Positions 19,137 to 28,506 of a stretch of DNA of 64,000 nucleotides are shown here, piece by piece; position 1 is the stretch's first letter, and each line of letters begins with the position of its first letter. A program made the translations under genes and the position numbers. The DNA is from Bacteroidia bacterium (GTDB taxonomy: Bacteria; Bacteroidota; Bacteroidia; M30B66), in the NCBI GenBank assembly GCA_965279035.1, contig OZ257142.1, positions 4,064,001 through 4,128,000 on the forward strand, read 5' to 3'. The notes below the pieces were generated by a model. That model ran no database searches. It had not been told where the DNA came from and saw only the letters and a program-made list of their open reading frames with translations.

Positions 19137-20135
19137 TTAAGGCTTTACACCTAAACGTAATAGTCCCGAACGTGCATCTTCATAGCGAGGATCTAATGTT
19201 AAAGTTTTACGGAAATCTGAAATAGCGGCTTCTTTTTTCCCTAATTTTTCATTGCAAACTGCTTGCATATATACAGCTGCAGGATAGTTCCCATTGGCGT
19301 TTGCTGCTTTTTCAAACAAAGGAAGTGCTTGTTTATAGTCCTTTTTAAATTCAAATAATATGAATCCCATATTGTAATAGCCATTTGCAAAAGATTTATC
19401 AATCGTAATCAACTCTTGATAGGTTTCCATGGCTTTATCTATTTGCTCGGATTCTTGGTAGAACATTCCAAGATTATAGCGTGTTAATGAGTTTTTAGGA
19501 TCCAAACGAAGAGCAGATTGGTAATAATCAATAGCCCTTGGATTCCCTGCACTCGCGTAAATGAGTCCAATTTGTTCAAATGCCAACACATTTTTTGGAT
19601 CTTGTTCAATGGTGGTCATAAAACTAGAAACTGCTAAACTCGTATCGCCCGATTCTTTATAAATAACTCCTTTGAGGTAATATGCTTTGGGATTGTTTAT
19701 TTCGAGTTTTAAAACTTCATTTATTTCGTTGATCGCTTCTTGGCGCATTTCTACATAGAGAAACAGTTCTGCCAATTTCATATGAGCGTCTTTGTTGTTT
19801 TTATCGAGTCGAATGGCTTTTTCGAGTGCTTGTCGCGTGTATCGCGTCTGATTTATCATCAAGTAAATATCACCCAACGTAACAAAGTATGCAGAAACAG
19901 AGGAATCGCGCAGAATCGCTTTTCTCATATCGACTAAAGCAGAATCCGGACGATTGCGTGTGATGTATATGCGAGCTCGAGCGTGAAGTGCTTCTGGATT
20001 GCTTGAATCTTTTGCCAAAGCAGCTTCTATACCCGCAGGAGTAGATAAGTCGGTTGTTGCTCCACCTCCACAGGATGACAGGGAAATGATCGAAATAAAA
20101 ACTAAAAAGATTGGAAGTAATATGCGTGACTTCAT
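19137..20135 (-). CDS. TPR-repeat lipoprotein
   Basis: Lipobox SLSSC and tandem 34-aa TPR motifs. Confidence 0.88.
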   Translation of the reverse strand: MKSRILLPIFLVFISIISLSSCGGGATTDLSTPAGIEAALAKDSSNPEALHARARIYITRNRPDSALVDMRKAILRDSSVSAYFVTLGDIYLMINQTRYTRQALEKAIRLDKNNKDAHMKLAELFLYVEMRQEAINEINEVLKLEINNPKAYYLKGVIYKESGDTSLAVSSFMTTIEQDPKNVLAFEQIGLIYASAGNPRAIDYYQSALRLDPKNSLTRYNLGMFYQESEQIDKAMETYQELITIDKSFANGYYNMGFILFEFKKDYKQALPLFEKAANANGNYPAAVYMQAVCNEKLGKKEAAISDFRKTLTLDPRYEDARSGLLRLGVKP

Positions 20136-20193
20136 GACACAAAGAAACAGAAAGAACCGCCTTAAAGAAGGAACATTTTTAAGATGATCTCAT

Positions 20194-20229
20194 AAAAAAA
20201 CCCGTTAGCTTCGAACTAACGGGTTTTAA
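20194..20229 (-). terminator. Rho-independent terminator of recA
   Basis: AAAACCCGTTAG-CTTCGAA-CTAACGGGTTTT with an A-run on the left. Confidence 0.8.
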
Positions 20230-20245
20230 AGAGATTCAAATTGAA

Positions 20246-21256
20246 CTAAACTGCAACTGGACCCGCAATAGCTTCGCGGATACGGCTTTCAATTTCTTCC
20301 ATCAATTCAGGATTATCACCTAAAATGGTTTTAACGGCATCACGCCCTTGACCTAATTTAGTGTCTTCATAGCTAAACCAAGAACCACTTTTCTTAATGA
20401 TGTTGTTGTCAACACCCAAATCGATCACTTCACCAACACGAGAAATTCCTTCTCCATATATGATGTCGAATTCAGCCGTACGGAATGGTGGAGCCACCTT
20501 ATTCTTTACAACTTTAACGCGGGTACGATTTCCAACGACAGCTTCTCCGTCTTTAATCTGACCAATTCGACGGATATCTAGTCGGATGGATGCATAAAAC
20601 TTCAAGGCATTACCACCTGTTGTTGTTTCAGGATTCCCGAACATAACACCAATCTTTTCACGTAACTGATTGATAAAGATGCAAGTACTACCAGTACGAG
20701 AGATGTTTGCAGTCAATTTCCGAAGAGCTTGTGACATCAAACGGGCTTGAAGTCCCATTTTGGAATCTCCCATTTCCCCCTCGATTTCGCTTTTAGGAGT
20801 AAGAGCAGCAACGGAGTCAATCACAATAATATCAATAGCACCCGAACGAATAAGGTTGTCGGCAATTTCCAATGCTTGCTCACCATTATCTGGTTGAGAG
20901 ATTAAAAGATTCTCTACATCCACACCCAATTTCTCTGCATAATAACGATCAAATGCATGTTCCGCATCGATGATAGCAGCTATTCCTCCAGCTTTCTGAG
21001 ATTGAGCAATAGCGTGGATTGCAAGTGTTGTTTTACCGGAAGATTCCGGACCGTAAATCTCAATGATTCTTCCTTTAGGGAAACCTTGAACACCTAATGC
21101 AAGATCCAAGGAAATTGAACCTGTATGGATGACTTCCATGGCTTCGATAGGAGAATCTCCCATCTTCATTATAGTGCCTTTCCCGTAGGTTTTATCAATT
21201 TTATCAATGATTACCTGTAAGGCTTTTAGTTTATCAGATTGAATGTCTTTGCTCAT
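20246..21256 (-). CDS. recA: Recombinase A
   Basis: [44 protein letters not shown]. Confidence 0.99.
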   Translation of the reverse strand: MSKDIQSDKLKALQVIIDKIDKTYGKGTIMKMGDSPIEAMEVIHTGSISLDLALGVQGFPKGRIIEIYGPESSGKTTLAIHAIAQSQKAGGIAAIIDAEHAFDRYYAEKLGVDVENLLISQPDNGEQALEIADNLIRSGAIDIIVIDSVAALTPKSEIEGEMGDSKMGLQARLMSQALRKLTANISRTGSTCIFINQLREKIGVMFGNPETTTGGNALKFYASIRLDIRRIGQIKDGEAVVGNRTRVKVVKNKVAPPFRTAEFDIIYGEGISRVGEVIDLGVDNNIIKKSGSWFSYEDTKLGQGRDAVKTILGDNPELMEEIESRIREAIAGPVAV

Positions 21257-21392
21257 GTGAACTGATTTGACGGTTAGTTTGCCACAAAATACGTCAAAAG
21301 AGAGACGCGCTCCTGCATTTTTTTAAAATATTTCCTCAAATGTTATGAGCAATGCTGTTGAAAAACTCTCCAATCCCTATTATATCAAGGCT

Positions 21393-21842
21393 TTAAAGAA
21401 TTTGAGATGCGTGATTTTTTGTATCAACTTTATCGATCACTTTGCCAAGAGTTCCGTCAGCTTCTATGACAAACGTTGTTCGATTCACTCCCATGTACTC
21501 TTTTCCCATGAATTTTTTCAGTCCCCAAACACCATATGCTTCCGCAACTTTTTTATCGGTATCGGCAATCAAACGAAATGGTAAATTGTATTTTTCGATG
21601 AACTTCAGGTGTTTTTTTCCATCATCAGGACTAACACCAATCACATCAAAACCTTGAGAAAGGAGTGAATCGTAATTATCTCTTAAGTTACATGCTTCGG
21701 CAGTGCAGCCTGGAGTATCATCTTTGGGATAAAAATAAAGAATGACTTTTTTCCCTTTATAATCATTCAGAGAAACTGAATTTCCATGTTGGTCATTTGC
21801 TTGAATTGCGGGAGCTATATCTCCTACTTTTAATGATGTCAT
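21393..21842 (-). CDS. bcp: Thioredoxin-dependent thiol peroxidase Bcp
   Basis: YFYPKDDTPGCTAEAC. Confidence 0.95.
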   Translation of the reverse strand: MTSLKVGDIAPAIQANDQHGNSVSLNDYKGKKVILYFYPKDDTPGCTAEACNLRDNYDSLLSQGFDVIGVSPDDGKKHLKFIEKYNLPFRLIADTDKKVAEAYGVWGLKKFMGKEYMGVNRTTFVIEADGTLGKVIDKVDTKNHASQIL

Positions 21843-21852
21843 ATACGTTTTC

Positions 21853-22566
21853 TTATTTGGGAGGATTAAACAGGCTTTTCCTTTTTTTGTTTAGCGTTTT
21901 TTCAGCGATCGGCTTTAACAATACCGATTTTTGATTCTTTTTAAAAAATATGCAAATCGAAGTTAAACCACATTCGGTGCATTTCGGATTTCGCGCCAAA
22001 CAGATATAACGGCCATGCAGAATAAGCCAATGATGTGCTTTGGGAATGATAGCATCGGGTAAATAGCTTACTAATTGCTTTTCAGCTTGAGTCGGATTTT
22101 TCGCCCCTTTTGTCAAACCTAATCGAGCCGAGACCCTAAAAACATGGGTATCTACGGCCATTGCAGGCAAATTAAACACGACTGATGCTATCACATTGGC
22201 TGTTTTTCGCCCAACACCGGGGAGTTTCACGAGTTCGTTGACATCCGAAGGAACTTGATTTTTAAATTCTCCAGAAAGCATTTTTGCCATGCCTACTAGA
22301 TGTTTCGCTTTGTTATTGGGATAGGAAATAGATCGTATGTAAGAAAAAACTTCATCTGATGATGATTCAGCCAGTGTTTCAGCATCCGGATAGCGTTCAA
22401 AAAACTTAGGTGTTGTGAGATTCACCCGTTTATCGGTACACTGAGCCGAAAGTATTACCGCAACAAGCAATTCATAGGGATTTCCATATACAAGTTCCGT
22501 CTCTGCTTGTGGGCGATGTTCGGAAAAATAATCAATGACATATTGAAAGCGTTCGGGTTGAGTCAT
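21853..22566 (-). CDS. nth: Endonuclease III
   Basis: LSAQCTD, HhH LPGVGRKTANV, VDTHVFR, 4Fe-4S motif CLARNPKCTECGLTSIC. Confidence 0.97.
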   Translation of the reverse strand: MTQPERFQYVIDYFSEHRPQAETELVYGNPYELLVAVILSAQCTDKRVNLTTPKFFERYPDAETLAESSSDEVFSYIRSISYPNNKAKHLVGMAKMLSGEFKNQVPSDVNELVKLPGVGRKTANVIASVVFNLPAMAVDTHVFRVSARLGLTKGAKNPTQAEKQLVSYLPDAIIPKAHHWLILHGRYICLARNPKCTECGLTSICIFFKKNQKSVLLKPIAEKTLNKKRKSLFNPPK

Positions 22567-22571
22567 ACAGC

Positions 22572-22612
22572 AAAAAAACAAAAATCCCGGCAGGACTTAA
22601 CCAACCGGGATT
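22572..22612 (-). terminator. Terminator between the small hypothetical gene and nth
   Basis: AATCCCGG...CCGGGATT hairpin followed on the minus strand by TTTTGTTTTTTTG, ending a few nt before the nth ATG. Confidence 0.65.
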
Positions 22613-22630
22613 CACTGAAATGAAACCAAA

Positions 22631-22900
22631 CTAATTGAACACCACTTCCAGCGACATATTTCTGGAAGGTATTTTAGTGATTTGCAAAGCTGCAGAATAG
22701 GATAATATTGATTGAATAACACCAGCCTGAGGTTGTTCTACTGAATCATCAAGAAGTGATTGTGTGAATTGAATCATTTCAAGCTCTTCACTCATTTCGG
22801 GACAATCAACTAATTCTGCACTAAAATCGGCCGCTTCCTCTGGTTGCATTTCATTGTAAGCGAAGCGGATAATGTCTTTCGATGTAAAAAGTTTATGCAT
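22631..22900 (-). CDS. Small conserved hypothetical protein resembling a stand-alone anti-sigma domain
   Basis: DIIRFAYNEMQPEEAADFSAELVDCPEMSEELEMIQ resembles anti-sigma N-terminal helices; no TM segment. Confidence 0.65.
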   Translation of the reverse strand: MHKLFTSKDIIRFAYNEMQPEEAADFSAELVDCPEMSEELEMIQFTQSLLDDSVEQPQAGVIQSILSYSAALQITKIPSRNMSLEVVFN

Positions 22901-23066
22901 AGGCTGTTTTAAGAATCGAGATAAAAACGAGATGTGATTTAGTTTATTGTAAACGATTTCTAAAATATCTCATTAATCTTCTCTGAGGGCTGATATACAT
23001 GTAAGTACGAATGAATAAAAGGTTGACTGAGAAATTGCAATCTTTCTAACTTGCAGTCCTATCTCC

Positions 23067-26000
23067 ATGAAGAAATTATCAGCATACCTCATATTTCAAT
23101 TGCTTCTCCTCCTGATTCTTGCTCCGGCATCTCAGGCTCAAACACAGCAATTAACTTTTGAAAGAGTTCCTAGTCAGAAGTGGCTTTACCAACGGAATAT
23201 CACATGCCTAACTCAGGATCGTGATGGGTATCTGTGGTTTGGAACTAACAATGGTTTGTATCGCTTTGATGGTTATTCGGTGACTGAATATCGGCATGAT
23301 GCACACAATACAAATAGCCTCACACACAACAATGTTAATTGTATTTATGCTGATAAAAGTGGTGTTCTCTGGGTTGGAACTTGGGGAGGTTTAACTCGCA
23401 TCGATCCAATTAGCTTATCCTTTACTCGCTATAAGCATGATCCTCGGAACTTTAAAACCTTATCTAATAATGACGTTCGGGCAATTGAAGAAGATCCTAC
23501 TGGCAATTTGTGGATTGGAACTTTTGGAGGTGGTGTAAATCGTTTTAATAAATTGAGTGGTGAATTTTCGGTTTACCAGTATTCTTCCCGAAACGCAAGT
23601 AGCATTTCAAGTAATTATATCAATGTTATTACTCGCGATCGAAATGGAGATTTATGGATAGGAACGCGTCGAGGAATCAATAAACTTGAACCAGAAAATG
23701 CACGTTTCACTTCCTTTCAAAGCTTAGAGCCAACTGCTGGAGATCAACAATGGGCAAATGTTTCAAGTATTTTAGAAGATAGTAAAGGACTTATTTGGTT
23801 TGGAACATTTGGTGGTGGACTGATTCAACTCGATCGAAGAAGTGGCAAAATGCTCAATTATCAGCATGATGCTAAAAATCCAAAGTCATTAAGCAATAAT
23901 ACGGTTAACGATTTAACCGAAGAAGACGGAGGGAATATTTGGATTGCTACTTCCGAAGGAATTAATATTCTAAATCCTGTTTCAGGAGAGATGCAATTGA
24001 TTCAAAACAACCCTGATAATCCAACGAGTTTATTGAATAATGATGTTCACCGTTTGTACCGCGATCGTGCTGGTGTGATCTCTATCATTACTGCCGAAGG
24101 AATTAACATCTATAGTAAACTAAGCGGTCGTTTCAGGAAGTTTCAAAAAAACCCAAATGAGTCGCAAAGTTTATCGAGTAATGCCATCAATTGTTTTGTC
24201 GAAAGTAGTGATGGATCAATTTGGATTGGAACTCGAGATGGGTTAAATCGTTTTGATCGTTTGAGTCGCAGTTTTCAAACTTATCAAATGGAACCTTCTG
24301 AAAAAGGTGAATTAGTAAGTAATGAAATTAAATCAATGCTTATTGATCAAAAAGGTCGCTTCTGGATTGGTACTGTAAATGGCTTGAATTTATTCGATCC
24401 TAGAACTTCTAAAGTGAAAGTTTACCGATACGATCGATTTAATCCCAATAGTTTAAATAATGAAATCCACACATTAACAGAAACTCGTAATGGTGTTTTA
24501 TGGGCTGGTATAAGAAAAGGCTTGGTTCAATTTGATCCCGATTCTGGATCTTTTACTTTATTCCGTCCAGATCCAACTGTTTCTGAAAACCAGATAACAA
24601 ATAGTGTGTATTCCATTTTAGAAGATCGCTATGGGAAATTTTGGGTTGGAACCTTGGGTGGTGGTTTAAGTGAATTTGATCGAAAAACCAATAAATTCAA
24701 ACCATTCCGTAATAACCCCAATGATTCATTAAGCCTTTCGCACAATTCAGTGATATCGCTTCATGAAGATCAATTTGGATTTTTCTGGGTAGGTACATTT
24801 GGTGGTGGATTGAATAGAATGGATCGTAAAACAGGGAAATTCATCAATTATACTGCGCAAAGCGGCTTGCCCGATGATATGATTTACAGCATCCTCGAAG
24901 ATGCAAAAGGAAATTTATGGATGAGCACCAATACCGGTTTGGTGAAATTCGACACGAAATCAAAGACTTTCCGAAACTACGATGCCTTGGATGGTCTTCA
25001 AAGTAATGAATTCAGCATTGGCGCTGCTTTACATTCGAGAGAAGGTGAATTAATTTTTGGAGGAATAGCTGGTTTTAATTTGTTTTATCCTGATAGCATC
25101 ATTGAGAATAATTACATCCCTCCTACTGTTATTACTGGATTTAAAGTTCTAAATAAGCCTTTTATTTTATCGGGAGAACAAGTAAAACTTGAGTATAATC
25201 AGAACTTCTTCACGTTTGAATTTTCATCCTTGAGTTATGCTTTAAGCGATAAAAATCAGTTTGCATACAAGCTTGATGGATTTGATGAAGATTGGATTTA
25301 TTGCGGATCTCGTCGATTTGCTTCCTATTCTAATCTCGATCCGGGCGAATATATTTTCCATGTTAAAAGTTCGAATAGCGATGGTCTGTGGAATGAAAAA
25401 GGAACAACAGTAACACTCATCATAGCTCGTCCTTTTTGGCGTACATGGTGGTTTGTTTTGATTGGAGTTATTTTAGGAACGGGAGTTCTTTATGTTGGGT
25501 TCAGATTAAGAACACGAAGCATCAATAATCGAAATCAATTACTTGAGGAAAAAGTTCGTCAACGTACAGCTGAACTCGAAAAAGCAACCGAAGAAGCTAA
25601 AGCAGCTAAAGAAGCAGCCGAAAAAGCAAGTAGATCTAAATCTGGATTTCTTGCGAACATGAGCCATGAAATTCGAACGCCACTCAATGGAATTTTAGGT
25701 TTTACCGATTTATTAATTCGGAATAATAAAAATGTTGAAGACACGAAATACTTAGAACTTATTCGTTCTTCGGGTGATACGCTCTTGAATTTATTGAGTG
25801 ATATCTTAGACTTAAACAAAATTGAGCAAGGAAAACTAACGATAGAAAACATTCGATTTAATTTTATCGAAACCATTAAACAAACACTCATTCCGTATCA
25901 ATACAGAGCGAATGAAAAAGGTTTGCAATTCATGATGAGTTTTGATACACGGATTCCTGAAAATATTCAAGGAGATCCAACTCGAATAAAACAACTCGTA

Positions 26001-26780
26001 ATTAACCTCGTTTCTAATTCACTCAAATTCACCGAAACGGGAGGTGTGTCGATTAGTTTTGAGGCAGAAACAGATCCAAGAGGAACGGAAGATTTCTTTT
26101 ATATATCGGGAGAAGTAACCGACACTGGAATTGGTGTTGCAAAAGAAAAGCAGAGTTTAATTTTTGAAAGTTTCACTCAAGCCGATGGTTCATTTACGCG
26201 TAAATATGGAGGAAGTGGCTTAGGACTTTCTATCGTTAAACAATTATTGAGATTAATGAAAGGCTCAATAGAGTTAAGTAGTCCTGCATTAAACAAACCA
26301 TTTGCAACAGAAACACCTGGGGCTACATTTAAATTTAGATTCAAGGTAAAAGCCGAAAAATCGGATGATCATTCAAAATCAGCTCCTGTAGCTCCTCAAG
26401 CACAAACATTTCGATTTACTGAGAAATACAGTATTTTATTGGTTGAGGATAATAAAATAAATCAATTATTAGCAAGTACGATTTTAGAGAATTTTGGATT
26501 AGAGGTAATGACTGCCGATGATGGTCAGCAAGGTGTTGAAAAAATTAAAGAAAGCGATTTTGATTTAGTGCTGATGGACGTACAAATGCCAGTAATGAAT
26601 GGATATGAAAGCACTGCTGCAATGAGGGCTATGGGTATGAATTTGCCAATTATTGGATTGACTGCGAATGTATACAAAGAAGATATTGAGAAATGTTTAG
26701 AATCAGGAATGAATGCTCATTTGGGCAAACCATTTACCGAAGCTGATTTATTTGGTATGCTCAAACGCTGGTTGGTTTAA
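23067..26780 (+). CDS. Hybrid sensor histidine kinase/response regulator (beta-propeller sensor + Y_Y_Y + HisKA + HATPase + REC, no AraC HTH)
   Basis: Many LWIGT..GGL propeller repeats, YSNLDPGEYIF, TM helix, FLANMSHEIRTPLNG, NSLKFT, DTGIG, GGSGLGL, LVEDN/LMDVQMP/KPF. Confidence 0.95.
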   Translation: MKKLSAYLIFQLLLLLILAPASQAQTQQLTFERVPSQKWLYQRNITCLTQDRDGYLWFGTNNGLYRFDGYSVTEYRHDAHNTNSLTHNNVNCIYADKSGVLWVGTWGGLTRIDPISLSFTRYKHDPRNFKTLSNNDVRAIEEDPTGNLWIGTFGGGVNRFNKLSGEFSVYQYSSRNASSISSNYINVITRDRNGDLWIGTRRGINKLEPENARFTSFQSLEPTAGDQQWANVSSILEDSKGLIWFGTFGGGLIQLDRRSGKMLNYQHDAKNPKSLSNNTVNDLTEEDGGNIWIATSEGINILNPVSGEMQLIQNNPDNPTSLLNNDVHRLYRDRAGVISIITAEGINIYSKLSGRFRKFQKNPNESQSLSSNAINCFVESSDGSIWIGTRDGLNRFDRLSRSFQTYQMEPSEKGELVSNEIKSMLIDQKGRFWIGTVNGLNLFDPRTSKVKVYRYDRFNPNSLNNEIHTLTETRNGVLWAGIRKGLVQFDPDSGSFTLFRPDPTVSENQITNSVYSILEDRYGKFWVGTLGGGLSEFDRKTNKFKPFRNNPNDSLSLSHNSVISLHEDQFGFFWVGTFGGGLNRMDRKTGKFINYTAQSGLPDDMIYSILEDAKGNLWMSTNTGLVKFDTKSKTFRNYDALDGLQSNEFSIGAALHSREGELIFGGIAGFNLFYPDSIIENNYIPPTVITGFKVLNKPFILSGEQVKLEYNQNFFTFEFSSLSYALSDKNQFAYKLDGFDEDWIYCGSRRFASYSNLDPGEYIFHVKSSNSDGLWNEKGTTVTLIIARPFWRTWWFVLIGVILGTGVLYVGFRLRTRSINNRNQLLEEKVRQRTAELEKATEEAKAAKEAAEKASRSKSGFLANMSHEIRTPLNGILGFTDLLIRNNKNVEDTKYLELIRSSGDTLLNLLSDILDLNKIEQGKLTIENIRFNFIETIKQTLIPYQYRANEKGLQFMMSFDTRIPENIQGDPTRIKQLVINLVSNSLKFTETGGVSISFEAETDPRGTEDFFYISGEVTDTGIGVAKEKQSLIFESFTQADGSFTRKYGGSGLGLSIVKQLLRLMKGSIELSSPALNKPFATETPGATFKFRFKVKAEKSDDHSKSAPVAPQAQTFRFTEKYSILLVEDNKINQLLASTILENFGLEVMTADDGQQGVEKIKESDFDLVLMDVQMPVMNGYESTAAMRAMGMNLPIIGLTANVYKEDIEKCLESGMNAHLGKPFTEADLFGMLKRWLV

Positions 26781-27001
26781 TTGAGAAAATCATTTGAAAA
26801 AAATTGCATTCTTCTATAAAACGGAGGAATAGTAGTGATTCCCATTTTGAGATATCCTGTTTTATGTAGTCATTCTATACTATATACAAGTTGAAGGATT
26901 TAATAAATTGAAAAGCAGAAAAGGCTATTTGATTTGTAAGGTCTATTTTACAAGCCCAATTAATTTATCAATCATCAAAACACCTTATAATAAAAAATTT
27001 A

Positions 27002-28327
27002 ATGGCTTCCAATAGTTTAAAAGGGGCATTTTCTTCGTTGAATAAATCACCCAATTTTTCTGAAGAATCCAATAATTTATTGGTTCAAAAGGGAAATCAA
27101 TTGCATGCTATGATTCTTGCAGTTGTTAGCGTGATAACTATTGGATATGTATCGTTTGACTTGCTAAACAGCAATTTTACTCAAGCATTAATTAGCTCTA
27201 CATTACTGCCTTCTTTAGCATTCTCTTATTGGTTATTTAAATACAATAGAACTGAATTTTCTAAGATTTGGAACTTATTTCATGTTTCAATAATAATAGG
27301 AATTCAATTCTTTTTTCAACCACCAAACTCGCTATGCCTCACTTTATATTTACCCGTATTATTAAGTACACTCATTGTTTTTCAAGGAAAAGATAGAAAA
27401 CTTGGATATGTTTTAGCCTCTTTAGTTTTTATTTTAGCAATCATTCTATACAATTGCAAACCTCTTTTCGATTATTATTCTCGTTTCCCACATGAATCAA
27501 TTGATACATTAAGGACGATTAACATTTCTGGTGCGATCAGTGTTACCATTTTAGAAGTTATTTTTCTATTACAACTTAATAATTCAATTCAACATATTCT
27601 TATAGAGAAAAGCTCCGACCTTAATAAGAACAATGATTTTCTAGCAGCTAACATTCAAACAAGAGAGAAAATGCTCTCTATTTTATCACATGATTTGAGA
27701 AGTCCGCTTATTATTATTGACTCTGGAATTGAAGCAATTTTATCAGATGATTTCCCACCAGAAGGTAAAAAGAGATTGGGTGAGGAATTAAGAAAACGAT
27801 CAAAATCGACTTTGAATTTAATTGATAATTTATTGCTCTGGTCGCGTAGCCAAACAGATCAGATTAACTTCAATCCAAAACCAATAGAAATCTCTGAAAT
27901 TGAAAAGATAATTAAAGAAAATACATTGACCCACGGTGGGGAAAAAGACATTCAAATCAACTACTCGATTCCTGAAAAAGGAGGAATAAATGCTGATAAA
28001 GACATGTTGGAAGGAATGTTTCGGAATCTCATCTCGAATTCAATAAAATTCACTCCCAATGGAGGGAATATCAATGTATTGGTAGAACCTTCAGGTAAAA
28101 AATGGAGAATTACAATAAGTGATTCTGGTATAGGAATGACTCCAGAATTGATTGAAAAATTAAGGAACGGAGATATTCATTCCAGCTATGGAACTAACAA
28201 AGAAAAAGGTCATGGACTAGGGCTTCAACTAGTAAGAGACTTTTTGCAAAAACATGGATCTGAATTAAAAATTCAATCGGAATTAGGTAAAGGAACATCA
28301 TTCTCCTTTGAGTTAGAATCTGCTTAA
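27002..28327 (+). CDS. Membrane-bound sensor histidine kinase (orphan)
   Basis: 5-6 TM helices, ILSHDLRSPL, NLISNSIKFT, DSGIGM, KGHGLGL. Confidence 0.93.
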   Translation: MASNSLKGAFSSLNKSPNFSEESNNLLVQKGNQLHAMILAVVSVITIGYVSFDLLNSNFTQALISSTLLPSLAFSYWLFKYNRTEFSKIWNLFHVSIIIGIQFFFQPPNSLCLTLYLPVLLSTLIVFQGKDRKLGYVLASLVFILAIILYNCKPLFDYYSRFPHESIDTLRTINISGAISVTILEVIFLLQLNNSIQHILIEKSSDLNKNNDFLAANIQTREKMLSILSHDLRSPLIIIDSGIEAILSDDFPPEGKKRLGEELRKRSKSTLNLIDNLLLWSRSQTDQINFNPKPIEISEIEKIIKENTLTHGGEKDIQINYSIPEKGGINADKDMLEGMFRNLISNSIKFTPNGGNINVLVEPSGKKWRITISDSGIGMTPELIEKLRNGDIHSSYGTNKEKGHGLGLQLVRDFLQKHGSELKIQSELGKGTSFSFELESA

Positions 28328-28380
28328 TCAAAACCTTGGTTATCTTTGCCCGCCTTTCATGGAAATCTGAAAGGTAAATA

Positions 28381-28452
28381 GGCACCGTAGTTCAATGGAT
28401 AGAATAGGAGTTTCCTAAACTCTAGATTTGGGTTCGATTCCCAACGGAGCCA
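28381..28452 (+). tRNA. tRNA-Arg(CCT)
   Basis: Cloverleaf with D-arm GTTC/GAAT, anticodon arm GGAGT-TTCCTAA-ACTCT and T-arm TTGGG-TTCGATT-CCCAA. Acceptor GGCACCG/CGGAGCC has an A4:A69 mismatch; CCA is not encoded. TATCTTTG promoter upstream. Confidence 0.93.
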
Positions 28453-28454
28453 CA

Positions 28455-28490
28455 AAAAAGGCCCCGCAGAAACTTCTACGAGGCCTTTTG
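28455..28490. terminator. Bidirectional terminator between the tRNA and a T9SS gene
   Basis: AAAAAAGGCCCCGCAGAA..TTCTACGAGGCCTTTT imperfect hairpin. Confidence 0.7.
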
Positions 28491-28506
28491 CATTTAACCT
28501 AAACCA

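Noticed and set aside
21260-21330. LexA-type SOS box upstream of recA
   Set aside because: Only weak partial matches; no convincing palindrome.
22944-23000. 18-aa minus-strand ORF (MYISPQRRLMRYFRNRLQ) as a remnant of an ECF sigma C-terminus
   Set aside because: Similarity is limited to an MRY tripeptide, too short to support.
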